A DNA stretch of 64,000 nucleotides from Octopus sinensis (Eukaryota). Position numbers and translations under genes: made by a program. Every line of letters begins with the position of its first letter. The first letter of the stretch is position 1. The notes under the pieces were generated by a model that saw nothing but the letters and a program-made list of their open reading frames with translations, had not been told where the DNA came from and made no database searches. This document shows, in pieces, positions 12,371-25,105 of this stretch. The stretch spans positions 135,346,001-135,410,000 of the forward strand of contig NC_042998.1 of the NCBI RefSeq assembly GCF_006345805.1, written 5' to 3'.

Positions 12371-13028
12371 GTATAATTGTACCAGATTGCTGGTAAATTG
12401 GCTCACAATTATTATCTATTAAAAACATCTCCAAATTCCATCAAAAAATCCTCCTGTGGATAACGAAGCAGTTAAATATTTTGTCTTCTCTATTAACTGC
12501 CAAACTTCTTTATTTTATTTTAACTAACCTAACACCTTTATATGTAAATATATCTACATGTGGAATATAGCAGATTTTTGATAGGTAAACCTTAGCTAGG
12601 GCTTTCTTTTAACCTATACCATGTTGTTTAGTCCCAAATCGGTCCTCATTGAGTAGAATAATGAACAAAAACTGTCCACTCGTGAAATTATCATAAGACT
12701 ACATTATCCAAATATATCCTTTCTTTTCCAAGGCAGTTGGGAGTAAGTTGTGTGCGATTTAGTTGGTTTTTTTTTGTTTTTTCCTCAAAGGTCAGCCGGC
12801 CATAGAGAAATACCCTGGGTGGATTATGTTGTAAAGCAAACCACCTACCGATGTACTTATCGCCATAATTGAAAGAATTAGGTCGGGTGTGGATAGTCGA
12901 CTCCACCCCTTTATATGTACGAAAAACAAACTATCATATGTAACTAAGTGGTGATAGAAACGTGTCAAGTTCTATACACCAGACTCAATGCATGAGAAAT
13001 TCTTCGTCTCGTACAAAAAAAAAAAGGA

Positions 13029-13030
13029 GT

Positions 13031-13118
<88 letters not shown>

Positions 13119-13182
13119 GGAGGGAGAGGAGAGAGTATGAAGAGAGAGGAGAGAAGACAGAGTGTGAGAGAGAGAGAGAGAG
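13029..13182. repeat. (GA)n microsatellite
   Basis: Directly visible. Confidence 0.95.
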
Positions 13183-13903
13183 AATTGTTAAGTATAACTA
13201 GCAAGCTCAGAAAAAGAAGGTTGAATAAAGTGTGGTGTTATTGTTTTTAGGTTTCATTTTGTTATTGCATTCAACCCGGAAGTATTTCAGTTTGTCTTAA
13301 CCGTTAACTCACTGATAGAAACATTTTGTATCAGTTTTAAACGATTAATTGTTAATGTTAATGATCTCTGTCAATCTTTATTCAACAGATATATGACACA
13401 CTGATCGAACTTAGGCGGCTCGATCCACTGATCCAGCAGCGTCAGGACTTCAGCAAAATGAAAGTATTTTTCTTGTGCAAAGTACCGTATTTGATGGCAT
13501 AAAAGACGCACCTCAGTTTCAGCAGCGCATATTCAGGAGAAAAAGATTTTAGAGCATTGCCTAATTTCGCATAAAGAACCCGAAATGAATTTTTGAGACA
13601 TTTGTTGGTGGTGCAGAGAGAACGTGCGTTTTATATGCCATAAAAAAAAAATGAACGATGTAAAGTGAAGGTTTTATGAATTTCTTTACAAACTTTGGAT
13701 GTTTCTAAATTGTTTAAACAGTTTTTCAAATACGCTATAATCGCTGACATTGACATCAGCATTTCAAATGAATTTCACGCATGTCGTGTAATAATAGTAT
13801 ATGAGATCGATGGCTAGCACCTTTCCTTGGAAATGTTTTCTGTTTGCAATGGCGATTTCTTGCAGCAATCTTTTGTTCCACCTCCATAAATATTCTTGTA
13901 AAC

Positions 13904-14019
13904 CAGTAGTCCTCAACCATATTTTACCTATAGACCCATTGTCTTCTACTATAGCCTCGGGCCGACCAAAGCCTTGTGAGTGGATTTGGTAGACGAAAAC
14001 TGAAAGAAGCTGTCGTATA

Positions 14020-14111
<92 letters not shown>

Positions 14112-14461
14112 TGTGTGTGTGTCTGTGTTTGTCCCCCCAACATCGCTTGACAACCGATGCTGGTGTGTTTACGTCCCAGTAACTTAGCGGTTCGGCAAAA
14201 GAGAGCGATAGAATAAGTACTAGGCTTACAAAGAATAAGTCCTGGGATCAATTTGCTCGACTAAAGGTGGTGCTCCAGCATGGCCACAGTCAAATGACTG
14301 AAACAAGTAAAAGAGCAAAGAATGAAATATTATTAGGAATTGTATCTAAAAATGTGTTAAAATGTGTTGTGTATTGTAGAAATATAACCAGTTTATTGCA
14401 CATTAATTTTATCAACAAAATCTGATAATGAACCCCCAAGGACCCTGGTTGAGAGCCACTG
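13904..14461. mobile_element. hAT-Charlie-like MITE with a nested family B SINE (about 13945-14315)
   Basis: Ends CAGTAGTCCTCAACC and GGTTGAGAGCCACTG; flanking 8-mers TTGTAAAC and GTCTAGAC match at 5/8 and resemble the Charlie NTCTAGAN target. Confidence 0.7.
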
Positions 14462-14499
14462 GTCTAGACAATCTATGCCTTTAGTAAGGCTCGTCTCGT

Positions 14500-14740
14500 C
14501 TTTACAACCAGAAGAAAGTCGAATGTAATAAAGTAGGCCTTAATTTTCAAGAGAAGTTGCCGTTAATCGTTGTTACTTTTAAGAACACCGTGTAGCTTTG
14601 GATAGTTTATAGCTGCACAGTTACAACAGCGCAGAAGCAGCAGTTATAGATCATATGGAATTAGTGTGACAGTGTGGATATGTTACAATCTCTCCAATGT
14701 CCAGCTTATTTCTGTACTCCCATAGATTCTTGCGACCGCA
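14500..14740 (-). mobile_element. Highly degenerate Penelope-like GIY-YIG remnant
   Basis: TTACTTTTAAGAACACCGTGTAGCTTTGGATAGTTT resembles TTCTTTTAAGAACCATATATAACTGGATAATTT in the 3255-4200 element. Confidence 0.3.
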
Positions 14741-15077
14741 GCGGAGAGAGGTTAGTAGATTCAGACAGAGTACGACAGTTATTCCTCGCACTTATTATCG
14801 GTCGTGTTACATCACGGTACAGTTGTTAGGGCTGGTGAGGCTATGGATGTTACAAATATATATATATGTGTGTGTGTGTGTGTATGTGTGTGTGTGTGTG
14901 TTCCTTTTTATGTTTGTCAGTGCCGAGTAGGAGAAATAGTATCTCTAGGGTGTTGTTGTAGTAAGGGTGTTGTATATGCGAGTGGGTTTCTGTAGGTGAT
15001 TTTTCATTTAGTAATAAGAATTGCATATCAGATTGTACAGTATGGTCCTCGGGTGAAAACATGATATTAGGTAGATG

Positions 15078-15232
15078 CAGAAGCATACCTGAGGATGGGG
15101 TCAATGTGGGCGGTCCGTTCTGGGCAATGCCTTTATGGGGGCAGCACTTTTTGGGTGTGATGTATTAATCTGTACAGAGGACGGCAAACTCAAGGGCTAC
15201 CCTGGATAGCACACCCCCTAGCTACGCCACTG
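15078..15232. mobile_element. Short hAT-like MITE (about 155 bp)
   Basis: Right end CTAGCTACGCCACTG, degenerate left end CAGAAGCATACCTGAGG; 8-bp TSD GGTAGATG/GGTAGATT (7/8). Confidence 0.65.
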
Positions 15233-15594
15233 GGTAGATTTCTCGCTATTGTTGTTTTTGTAGTTGTTTCTGTTATGATTGCAGAATAACCCTGGGTCAT
15301 TTCTGCAATAGAAGACCCCTTTCATAGTGATGGTGTTTGTACGAATGAAAGGTTTACCTTTTTAGAAGGCTTAACACATAGCAAACAGCCCAGTCGTCCA
15401 GACCTTTCGATACAGGGACATAAAATAGTCGATGTATTTGTTTTGTACTTATGATCAAAGTTCAAGTGTTTCTTGCAGGAAATATTGAACCAAGATTTAG
15501 GACTTAACATTACATCAACATTTATGAAGATGACAGGAATATCGTTGATAAATATTTGGGTGTTACATTGAGATAATCGGGAAACTATATATAT

Positions 15595-15651
<57 letters not shown>

Positions 15652-15894
15652 CTCGTTCTCCTTCATTTTAGTAATAATTCATTTTAAGCTATTCAGCTGC
15701 TCTAAGTGTTTCATGGTTGGCAACAGGAGAAATGGGGTGTTTCGATGTTCATTTTTTTTAATGTTAATTCTTCTATTCTTTTATTTGATTCACTCATTGA
15801 ACTGTGGCTATAGCGGGTCACTGCCTTCAAGGGAAAATCAGTTCTAGTATTATTCTTTTTAAGAAGCAGTATGTGGACAAACACAAAGTCATAC

Positions 15895-15926
<32 letters not shown>

Positions 15927-16374
15927 GCGCACACACAAACCACATAAACCTCATCTACCAAATTCACTGCAACGAAATAAAGAAATATTACAAGGCTTTG
16001 GTCAACGTGGGGATGTAGTAGAAGTTATTTGCCCAATGTGCCTCACAATGGGACTGAATCTAAAACCACATAGCTGTGAAGTAGTAATACCCGCGCCTAT
16101 GATTTTTTATAAGGGGACACCCAACTCCCTTAGACTAAAGGTTCCTTCAACTATCTGGTTCTTTGCTTACTTTATCTTCAGCCAGACTTTGTTGATATGT
16201 AAAAGAAACTTACAACATGTTACACGAACAAGCTTGGAAGTTTTCCCGCCAATTAAACAGGTGAAAGTTGTCCCACAAAATTACGATAAATGCTTGTCGA
16301 TCATAGAGTGATAGCAATTTTCTCGCCAAATATAGATAACATTGACAGTGACAGTAGCAACAGCAGTAAAAGCC

Positions 16375-16640
16375 GCTGTAGCAACGTGGGTTCGAATCTC
16401 AGACCGGGCGATGTGTGCGTTTATGAGCGAAACACCTAAGCTCCACGCAGCTCCAACAGAAGGTAATGGCGAACTTCTGGTGACTCTTTTGCCACAACTT
16501 TCTCTCACTCTTTCCTCCTGCATCTTGCAGCTCACCTGCGACGGACCGGCGTCCCGTCCAGGTGGGGAACCTACACGCCAAGGAAACCGGGAAACCGGCC
16601 TTATAAGCCAGGCATGGCTTGAGAAGGAGCAAACATAACA
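16375..16640 (+). mobile_element. SINE family C (tRNA head, V-domain-like CCTGCGACGGACCGGCGTCCCGTCCAG)
   Basis: Colinear with 45172-45480. Confidence 0.75.
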
Positions 16641-16976
16641 GGCATAAGTAGTGAGATCGATTTCTTCCACCACACCCTTCAAGCCAGTGCCTCAGCACAG
16701 TAACAGACAAAAGATGCTGTAGGTATAAGATTAAGTTTTACATCATATCATATCTTTATGTAAATCCGAAGCATTGTATCTAGCCAAAGAGAGCCCAAGT
16801 TGCAATAGGGAGAGCATATATTAATTCCTGGCTATGGGGAAAATTTCAAGATAAACCAAGAATGTAAAAAAGTATTTACAAACCATGAATTAATTTATGA
16901 AAATTAAAATGTCATACAATTCGATGAATAACTTGTATTGTGTTCCTTCCTTATTCAAAGGCTTCTAAGACGGTAC

Positions 16977-17129
16977 CCAGTGATTAAAGCTGACTGGAGT
17001 CATGCCTATTATTAGATGACAAACAGATGGTGTATCGCACTTGGGGACTTCAGGTAAAGGCCATGGCATCAGTAGACAGTTTGAACGTGTATAATACAAA
17101 AGCTTTCTGGTAAGGCTACCGCCTCTACC
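16977..17129 (-). CDS. Candidate internal coding exon, unknown product (GRGGSLTRKLLYYTRSNCLLMPWPLPEVPKCDTPSVCHLIIGMTPVSFNHW)
   Basis: Pyrimidine-rich acceptor ...TGTCCTCACTGAAG; 153 nt, phase 0-0, open frame; donor GTACCG is weak; no homology recognised. Confidence 0.25.
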
Positions 17130-17342
17130 CTTCAGTGAGGACAGTTTGAGCAAGTAAATTTGAAAATTTGGCACAACTATATTTCATGATTTCCAAGATT
17201 TTAAATCTTTTGGATTTGTTTTGCAAGAACTTTGCTCGCTAAACCGTGTGCTGAAACCAATTTTGTTATATTTGGAAAGAGTCATAATTTACGAAGTCTA
17301 TAAACACATGCACCGGTTGTTGTTTGTCTATATTTCACTTCC

Positions 17343-17399
<57 letters not shown>

Positions 17400-18011
17400 T
17401 ATAGTTGGTGTTTGTTTATGTCTCCAAAGAATATTTTCCGCTACACGCCTTTCAGTGGACATACATTTTATTTTTTAATGTTTGAAACAACAAGTGAGTA
17501 TATTTATAGTCTTTATCATGTATGACTCTTCCCATATATAACAAAATCTTGGGATTTACTAAGATACACATTGGGATAAATATATGACATGCATATATTC
17601 AGTTTAGATAAATGCTAATGACAAGATGAATATATTTGATAGCATTGTCTCACAATCTTAAGCTTAGATACACAAAGTGATAAATGTGAAAAAATATCTT
17701 TAAATATCATTATGTTGTGTATAGTTGTATCAAATCAATATGTATGTGTATAAAATTGAATGCTACTGAGAAGAAATCGGTGCATGTTGAAACAATGGCA
17801 TTATAAAATACAAGATGAAGAGAATGTATATTAAATTATTAAAAAAATGGATGGGAGAGGGAAAATATTGGATTATAAATTTTAAAAAATTATGAAGGTT
17901 GTATCGAAAATGATGCAAAAGTGGGCATAACTGTTTTATTAACTGTCATAAGTCGTTCAAATCATTCAAGTTGATAGAGTAGGTTTTCCTCTATGAAAAA
18001 GTGCTACTCAC

Positions 18012-18092
18012 AAGCGGTGCATTTGTGCCATTGCTGAGCTCAAATTTGATCACATGCATGACACCAACCTCTTTAATGCAGCGAATATCCAT
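18012..18092 (-). CDS. Candidate first coding exon, unknown product (MDIRCIKEVGVMHVIKFELSNGTNAPL)
   Basis: Acceptor TTTTGAAATTATAG before 18099, ATG at 18092, strong donor CTT|GTGAGT; phase-compatible with 16977-17129. Confidence 0.25.
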
Positions 18093-20379
18093 TGTGTTAC
18101 TATAATTTCAAAAGCCTTACTTAACGAGACTTCGAAGTCACTTACTCTCGCTCTTTGTTTGTTTGTTTGTTTGTTTTTCTTTCTTTCTTTTTCTCTCTCT
18201 CTCTTCATGTGTGTATATATATTTATACATACATGCATACACACACACACACACATATACATCTTTATTTCTGCAGATGTGTGTGTATAATACATACATA
18301 CATACATACATATAGATATATATATATACACATACATACATACATATATGGATGCAAGACAATCCCCCATAGAAGAAACCTATATGCACCCTCTTTCAAC
18401 TTAATATATGCAGTCCTGCAAATAAATTCCGCAGTCTAACTTCCAATTGGCGACAACACGCTTTGTCCGATAAAAAATGCAGCCGATCACGACGCACCTC
18501 GCAAAACAACCAGATTGCACTTTTGCAAGCCTACATCACGCCGGGACCTACTCTTAGAATCTACACTAGCAAGTACGAGTAATTCACGTGCATGCATATT
18601 TTTGAGATGTTCCTTTCTTTCTGGTTGCTTACATAGTACATCTTTCATGTACACGTATCATAGACTGTTCCTGCATGGGTTTCTCGTAAAATTTTCGCAG
18701 GTTGATAAATCTTTGCTGCACTATTCTATACATTTTTTAAAAAAGAAAATAACAAACAAAACAAAAACAAAACACATACATACAAGCATGCCTACACCCA
18801 GCTACACACATGCACCCTAATATTTGTGTCTTCATTGATTTGTTTCCTAGTCTGTGCCTACTCAGCTCTCTGTTCCCGACCCAACACATGTCGGATATCT
18901 TTTTGAATGATGGAACACAGACCATGCTTTCTGCGCTTTCACTTCCAAACACCCAACACTCACCTCTATATGACCCCAATTTAGTCACATCACATATAAA
19001 GTTTACTTGGCTCAGCATACCAGCAAGTCTCTTGCATTTTGTCGTCCTTGCTTGCCCGCAGTAATTCCACATGACCGCAACGCCAGATACACTAGACCTC
19101 TGCACTTCTTTTAAGGCACTTACCACGGAATGCACACTTCTACTAGAAATTTCCAATTATATCATGGATTGAGGATGCACTCTCTAGCCTCAATTTCTTT
19201 CAATGAAAGCCCGCAACTGCATCGTTTTCTCGTACAACCCGTTACCGAACCATGCGCACGCTCACTTAACGCTGCCCCCAAGCCAGTAAGCATTAAGCTA
19301 ATAGGCACAAAACCGACACTACATGAAGCCTAGACTGCAAGCTATGCACAGAAGCGATATTGCATGCTATTCGAACCCACCTGTTGTCTGTATACATAAC
19401 CTCAGATTCTCTCGCCTGATATCTAAGTTCTTTCTGACCTTGCATTACATCCACTTGTATACTATTTACCTGATATTCACAATTTTGAACGGTGTTCAAT
19501 TTTCACATAGTACACATTTCATTCAGATTTTTTTAATAATTTTTCTTTTCAAATTTTGACAAACTTACTAAGAGGAGTTATGATGTAGCGAATCGTTTCC
19601 TAGATTCTTAACCTTAGCCTAGGTTCGTTCCTATTGTGTTCAGCATTTGCACTAAGAGATTTATGAGTCAGTTGTGACATTTAGTTAAGTTCTACTGTTT
19701 CAGTGAACATTCTCGGGTTAAATACGGTTCGACAGAGATAAGTTCATTTACTTTCCATTGTTATTCGACCTAAATCTAGCTTTTCAACGTGTACTCAAAT
19801 TTATCTCTACCTCTTTTTCGCTTAGCCCCTGGTCAAAAGGAACACTTTCTGTATGGCTTGTCACCGCGGGAATACACAACTTTCACCATTTTTACTTGTC
19901 AATTCAGAGAGGTAAATGAATTTACTCTTTCTACCACCTTCTATCATCCGTCTTCTAGCTGTCACTCACCGATGGACTTAACTACCTACAAAATGGATAA
20001 TAGAACTAAAACTATTCTGTGTATAACAACAACTCGAAGTTGTAACTTACATTGTATCTATATAATAAAGGCCATATCAACTAATATTTTTCTTCCTAGT
20101 TGTTACGTATTATCATTACAATATGTATGTATGTATGTATGTGTAACGAACTTAGTGTGTGTGAATATACTCGTGCACTTTTGGGGTGCACAAAGCAATC
20201 ACTAGCCGTTGCTTTAATAATCCAGAATTCTACCAGTCAGAAACAACAAGACGCAGACGTAAAAGATATATATACTACTTTATTCTCTAATGTGGTAACA
20301 GTAACAATAAGTGGTTATCTGGTATCCCTTTGGTATAAATGTGTCAGTGCTGAACTTTATCGCTGTAAAATAAGAAAGT

Positions 20380-20730
20380 GTTCAAATGCAAAACGACACT
20401 GGTCAAAGATGGCGTCGAACAATGGAGACGATGTTGGTCTGCAACAATTTGGTTAAAAACCTTCGGCCGACTGCTATCAAAGCTGGACAGCGAGAAAATA
20501 TACGTCCGTCGCCTTCGGTCGCTGCTGTCCCAAGTCGTTGGCTGCTGCTGCTAGCGGTCAAACGTTCTACGACCCCCTTGCCTTGGCTAACTACCACGTA
20601 CGCAAAAGGGTCGTGCTTCCGGTGGTTCGCGCATGCGCGAGGGGGGCCCTTCCTTTCTGTGCCTTGGTGAAGGCACCAACACTCGCACGCGCGAAATAGA
20701 AAATGGACGGTGCGCGCGCGCACCGTTATA
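20380..20730. promoter_or_regulatory. CpG-rich, promoter-like segment
   Basis: Marked GC and CpG enrichment against the AT-rich flanks; NRF1-type palindrome TCGCGCATGCGCGA (20627-20640); ETS CCGGAAG on minus (20616-20622); YY1-like AAGATGGCG (20406-20414); 20-bp palindrome at 20707-20726. Confidence 0.5.
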
Positions 20731-21113
20731 GGATCACTACATATGTATGCATGTATGTATGTATGTATGTATGTATGTATGCATCTATCTATCTATCTAT
20801 CTACCTACACAGACACAGACAAATACACGCACACACACGCACACGTACATGCACACGTACACGCACACACACACAAACACACACACGTATATAAATTTAT
20901 ATATGTAATATATATATGTGAGTGTGTGTGTGTTAGATGTGCGATACCAGCTGCAATAATCATAAAAAAATCTCTTGCCCTTCGGTACTGAGTAGTTTTG
21001 AACTTCTTGTCTGTACGTACGTACAGTACACACAAAGACACACACACACACCACACACACACACACACACATACTCTCTCTCTCTCTCTCTCTGTGCATG
21101 TACACATACATAA

Positions 21114-21153
<40 letters not shown>

Positions 21154-22076
21154 CCATACACACTCACCTCTCCCTCCCTCTCTCTCGCTCTCTCGCTCTC
21201 CCTCTATATATATACATATATATGTGTGTGTGTGTATATATGTATATATAATATGTATATATATATGTATATACATACATGCATACATACATACATACAT
21301 ACATACATACATACATACATACATACATACATACATACGCACATATTTTATACACACATACATCCACATATGCATGCATACATACATATCTTCCCGGCTG
21401 TCGTCGACTGTTATCTAAGCACGCTAACCTTATCTTAATTAGTTAAATGAAGATTACAAGCCCATCTATGTTGCCCCCTCTCTCCTTCTCTAAATCGTTT
21501 GATGTATATAAGTTGTCAGAAATATGGTTCACTTTACCATTTATTTAGTTTTGCTCTATCTTCTATCTTCCTTCTTAACTATCGCTTATTTCAAATGGAT
21601 GTGCGAACCGAATGTAAAAATAGCATTTCCAGTGATAAAGCGATGAGATTTAGCTGTCGTTGTTTATAATGCAAGGTCAGAGCTGATTGCTAGACCAAAA
21701 ACGTTCCATTTATGCCCAACCTAGGTGATTTTTTTTTTCTTCGAGCACCAGGACACACAAGGCCGGTTACTCAGTTTCCATGGCGTGCAAGTGACCGAGA
21801 TCACAACACTACCCCTCACCATGAACGGGACGTCGGTCCGTCATAGGGTTCGAGGCTAAGAATATTGAGGGAAGGGGTAGGTCGGTTAATTCTAGTACTT
21901 GACTTCTAAATGGGTGATAAACAGAGTTAATGATGATCGTGACAAGATTCGAACACAGAACGAAAAAAATGCTGCGAATCATTTTGTCCGATGAGTTAAA
22001 CGATTCCGCAAGCTCGCTGCCTCCAGCTGATTTAGAACATCATTTTATCCAGGATTATAGATCCTCTCAACAATGC

Positions 22077-22124
<48 letters not shown>

Positions 22125-22176
22125 TATATATATTGTAAACAAACTTTGGAAGCGTCAAACATGTTTCGTATTTTAC

Positions 22177-22361
22177 GAAAAAGTAATATTTTGAACGCAG
22201 TATATCTATGAAAACTGCAGAAGAATTGAGAATTTTGCCCTTATAAGACATTAAGCTAAAAAGCCCGCTGACAAATTAAACACTCAATATTATAGCTTTG
22301 GGAAAAATACCCAATCTTTCTGCAGTTTTCATGGTTATACTACGTTCGAAATATTACTTTC
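22177..22361. mobile_element. Small fold-back or MITE-like element with about 48-bp inverted arms
   Basis: GAAAAAGTAATATTTTGAACGCAGTATATCTATGAAAACTGCAGAAGA pairs with TCTTTCTGCAGTTTTCATGGTTATACTACGTTCGAAATATTACTTTC; a related arm lies at about 28536-28600. Confidence 0.6.
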
Positions 22362-22364
22362 ATG

Positions 22365-22620
22365 TCTGCTGTCCATCAGTTACGACAATGAGGGTTCCAG
22401 TTAATCCGATCAACGGAACAGCCTGCTCGTGAAATTAACGTGCAAGTGGCTGAGCATTCCTCAAACACGTGTACCCTTAGGGTAGTTCTCAGGGAGATTC
22501 AGCATGATTCAAATTGTGACAAGGCTGGCCCTTTGAAATACAGGTAATACACTTTTTTTGCCAGCTGAGTAGACCGGAGCAACGTGAAATAAAGTGTCCT
22601 GCTTAATAGCACAACGCGGT
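22365..22620 (-). mobile_element. CORE-type SINE body and tail
   Basis: Reverse complement includes GACACTTTATTTCACGTTGCTCCGGTCTACTCAGCTGGCAAAA, CORE-like and shared with family C heads. Confidence 0.6.
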
Positions 22621-23339
22621 GCAAGGAACTGATGTTAAATAATGATTTCAATGAGATTCGGCCATTATTTCTTGCAGGTCGAGTGACGACGTAAAGATTT
22701 CCCTACATAAATAGTAAACAGCTTTTGTAATTTCATCGCTATGTCTGATGTAAGAAACTCGTTGAAGATCATTCTACATCTGTATTTCATGAGGCAGAGT
22801 CATCAGAATGTCGGACAGAATGCTTCGCAGTATTTGCTTCGAACTTAAATCCTGCTGTCGTCAACATTGTAACCTTTTATCGTTTCGGGATCGATAAAAA
22901 ATAGTATGATTTCACGTGGGTTAGTTTCGCGGAACTGTTAGAACATAGGACTGTTTGCCTGCGGTATTTGTTTCTGCACTTAACGTTCTGAGTTCGAGTC
23001 AAAGTTATGGCCCCCTTAGATAGTAAACTAAATCCCTCATACGGTCCCATGGCTGCCTTTAGCAGAGTCCACTCTGTTGTAACCATTCTGGTCAGCTTTC
23101 CGGTTTAGGGAGACATTTCACCAAACAGTCTTAGACGCTCTATGAAGTGCAATTGACAATGCTTTCTCGACTAAAAATGATTTTAAAAAATGTGACTGAA
23201 CATCAGCCAAGCGTTAATATCAATTAAACAGATAGAAGTATGTGTGAAACTGGATGGATTTAGAATCTAATTAATTAGTAATATGGTTTATAAGGATAGT
23301 AGTTCGTGTGAGTTCGATTATTTCCAATGTTTTTCAGCA

Positions 23340-23570
23340 TAAGAAATAATCCTTTCTACTATAGGCACAAAGCCTATAATTTTCGGAAGGGGGCTAATTG
23401 ATAACATCGACCCCAGTGTTCGACTGGTATTTATTCTATTTATTTTATCGTCCCCAAAAGGGACGAAAGCTATAATTGACATTGGCAGTAATTGAACACA
23501 GAACGTAAAAACGGACGAAATGCCGCTAAGCATTTTACCCGGTGTATTAACGATTCTACCAGCTACCCGC
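23340..23570 (-). mobile_element. SINE family A copy
   Basis: AATCCTTTCTACTATAGGCACAAAGCC...TCGACCCCAGT...GCCGCTAAGCATTTTACCCGG. Confidence 0.8.
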
Positions 23571-24817
23571 TTTATAAGAGCATAAGAAATAATGAAAGTG
23601 AGTTTGCTCCATTATTTATCCAAAGCATTGTTTTTAGACTTTTAGTTAACCTTGTTTCATACATTCTGCATAATATAAAGCTTTCCTTTATAACATAGAA
23701 GTTTGATCAATAGGTATCCGGACTGTTGCCATAGTAACGAAGCTAAGCACGCAGAGTGAAGCCGCTTGGCACAAATTGACCTTGAACTCTGCTGTGCATG
23801 CGCACTAAGTTTTAACGTTCTAGCTCGCTTCCGCTGTTTAAGCAGAGCTTGGAAGTAACGTTTATAGGGTATGATCGTCACATTGACCATGATAGAGAAA
23901 GTTGCCAAAAGCTTGGTGATGCCTGCTAAGAGGCCTACGCAAAGATTTCAAAAGGTTTTCATCGTTCTCGACACAATCGAGGAGATCTTGTGCAACTGAA
24001 ACCCGAGTATCTTTTTGGTCAGCTGAAAGCAGTTTTGGCACAAACCTAGTAGACACGCGTCTCACACCCAAATCTTCAGTGATAATGGACTGAACTAAAC
24101 CATGACCAGGACCGTTGCATGACTTTTAGAGGCCCTCAGCAACTTTTTGTTTCAAGTCCTCATCGCTTCAATCAAAATTCATAATCTACGCACCTTTTAT
24201 TCATAGTTATATTTTACTTTATTCTATCTGAAGTTCAATATTTCACATTATCGTAAAGAACATCTTTAAAAGTACAATAAGTTAAATTTATTTAGGGCTG
24301 GAACTATCGTATTATTTCATATTTAGGAAGGCCAATATTTAATAGGGTTTAATTCAATGGACTCACAAATATCAGAAGACAAACATTTCAAAATAACAAC
24401 TGTGAAGTATGGTTGCTTCAGCTTTTGTATGCGAAGGAGTTTATTCAAGAACATTAAAATATAAAAAAATTTCAGTCCAAAACAAAAGTAAATTATTTCA
24501 AATTATATATTTTTGAAAAATTACCGTGAATGTTCTCAAAGATTTGATACCAGGAGAAAAGGCCTTTTTTAAAATTCTATATTTCTCTGTTAGCCATTGC
24601 AATATTTCGATTGGATAGACTATACTACAATTAAAACTGTAAAGTCAAAATACCAAAGATGCAAAATATGAAGAATTTCTTACTTTTCTCTGAAATCAGA
24701 AATTCAAGGGCAAATAGTACCTTACAAAATAAAATAACTCAATCACAAACTAGTTACAACTGAAGAATTTAGATGCTTGGTGACAGAGAGCAAACAATAT
24801 ATGTATCCCTATATATG

Positions 24818-24876
<59 letters not shown>

Positions 24877-24897
24877 TAGATAGATAGATAGATAGAC

Positions 24898-24956
<59 letters not shown>

Positions 24957-25058
24957 CAGATACACACACACAAACTTCTTTTTATTGCCTTTGGAAGTCA
25001 AAGGCAGCTGTTCTTGGTACAAGGTGACCGGCTTTTCAACAATGTCAAATAACAACGC

Positions 25059-25105
<47 letters not shown>

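Noticed and set aside
11642-12406. His/Thr/Pro-rich and Gly/Asp-rich ORFs
   Set aside because: The degenerate trinucleotide tract is open in many frames on both strands, with no splice or domain support
22755-22812. Hammerhead-like CTGATGA...GAAA on the minus strand
   Set aside because: There is no stem II pairing and stem I is out of register; the similar hits near 33650-33685 (minus) and 34144 (plus) also fail to pair
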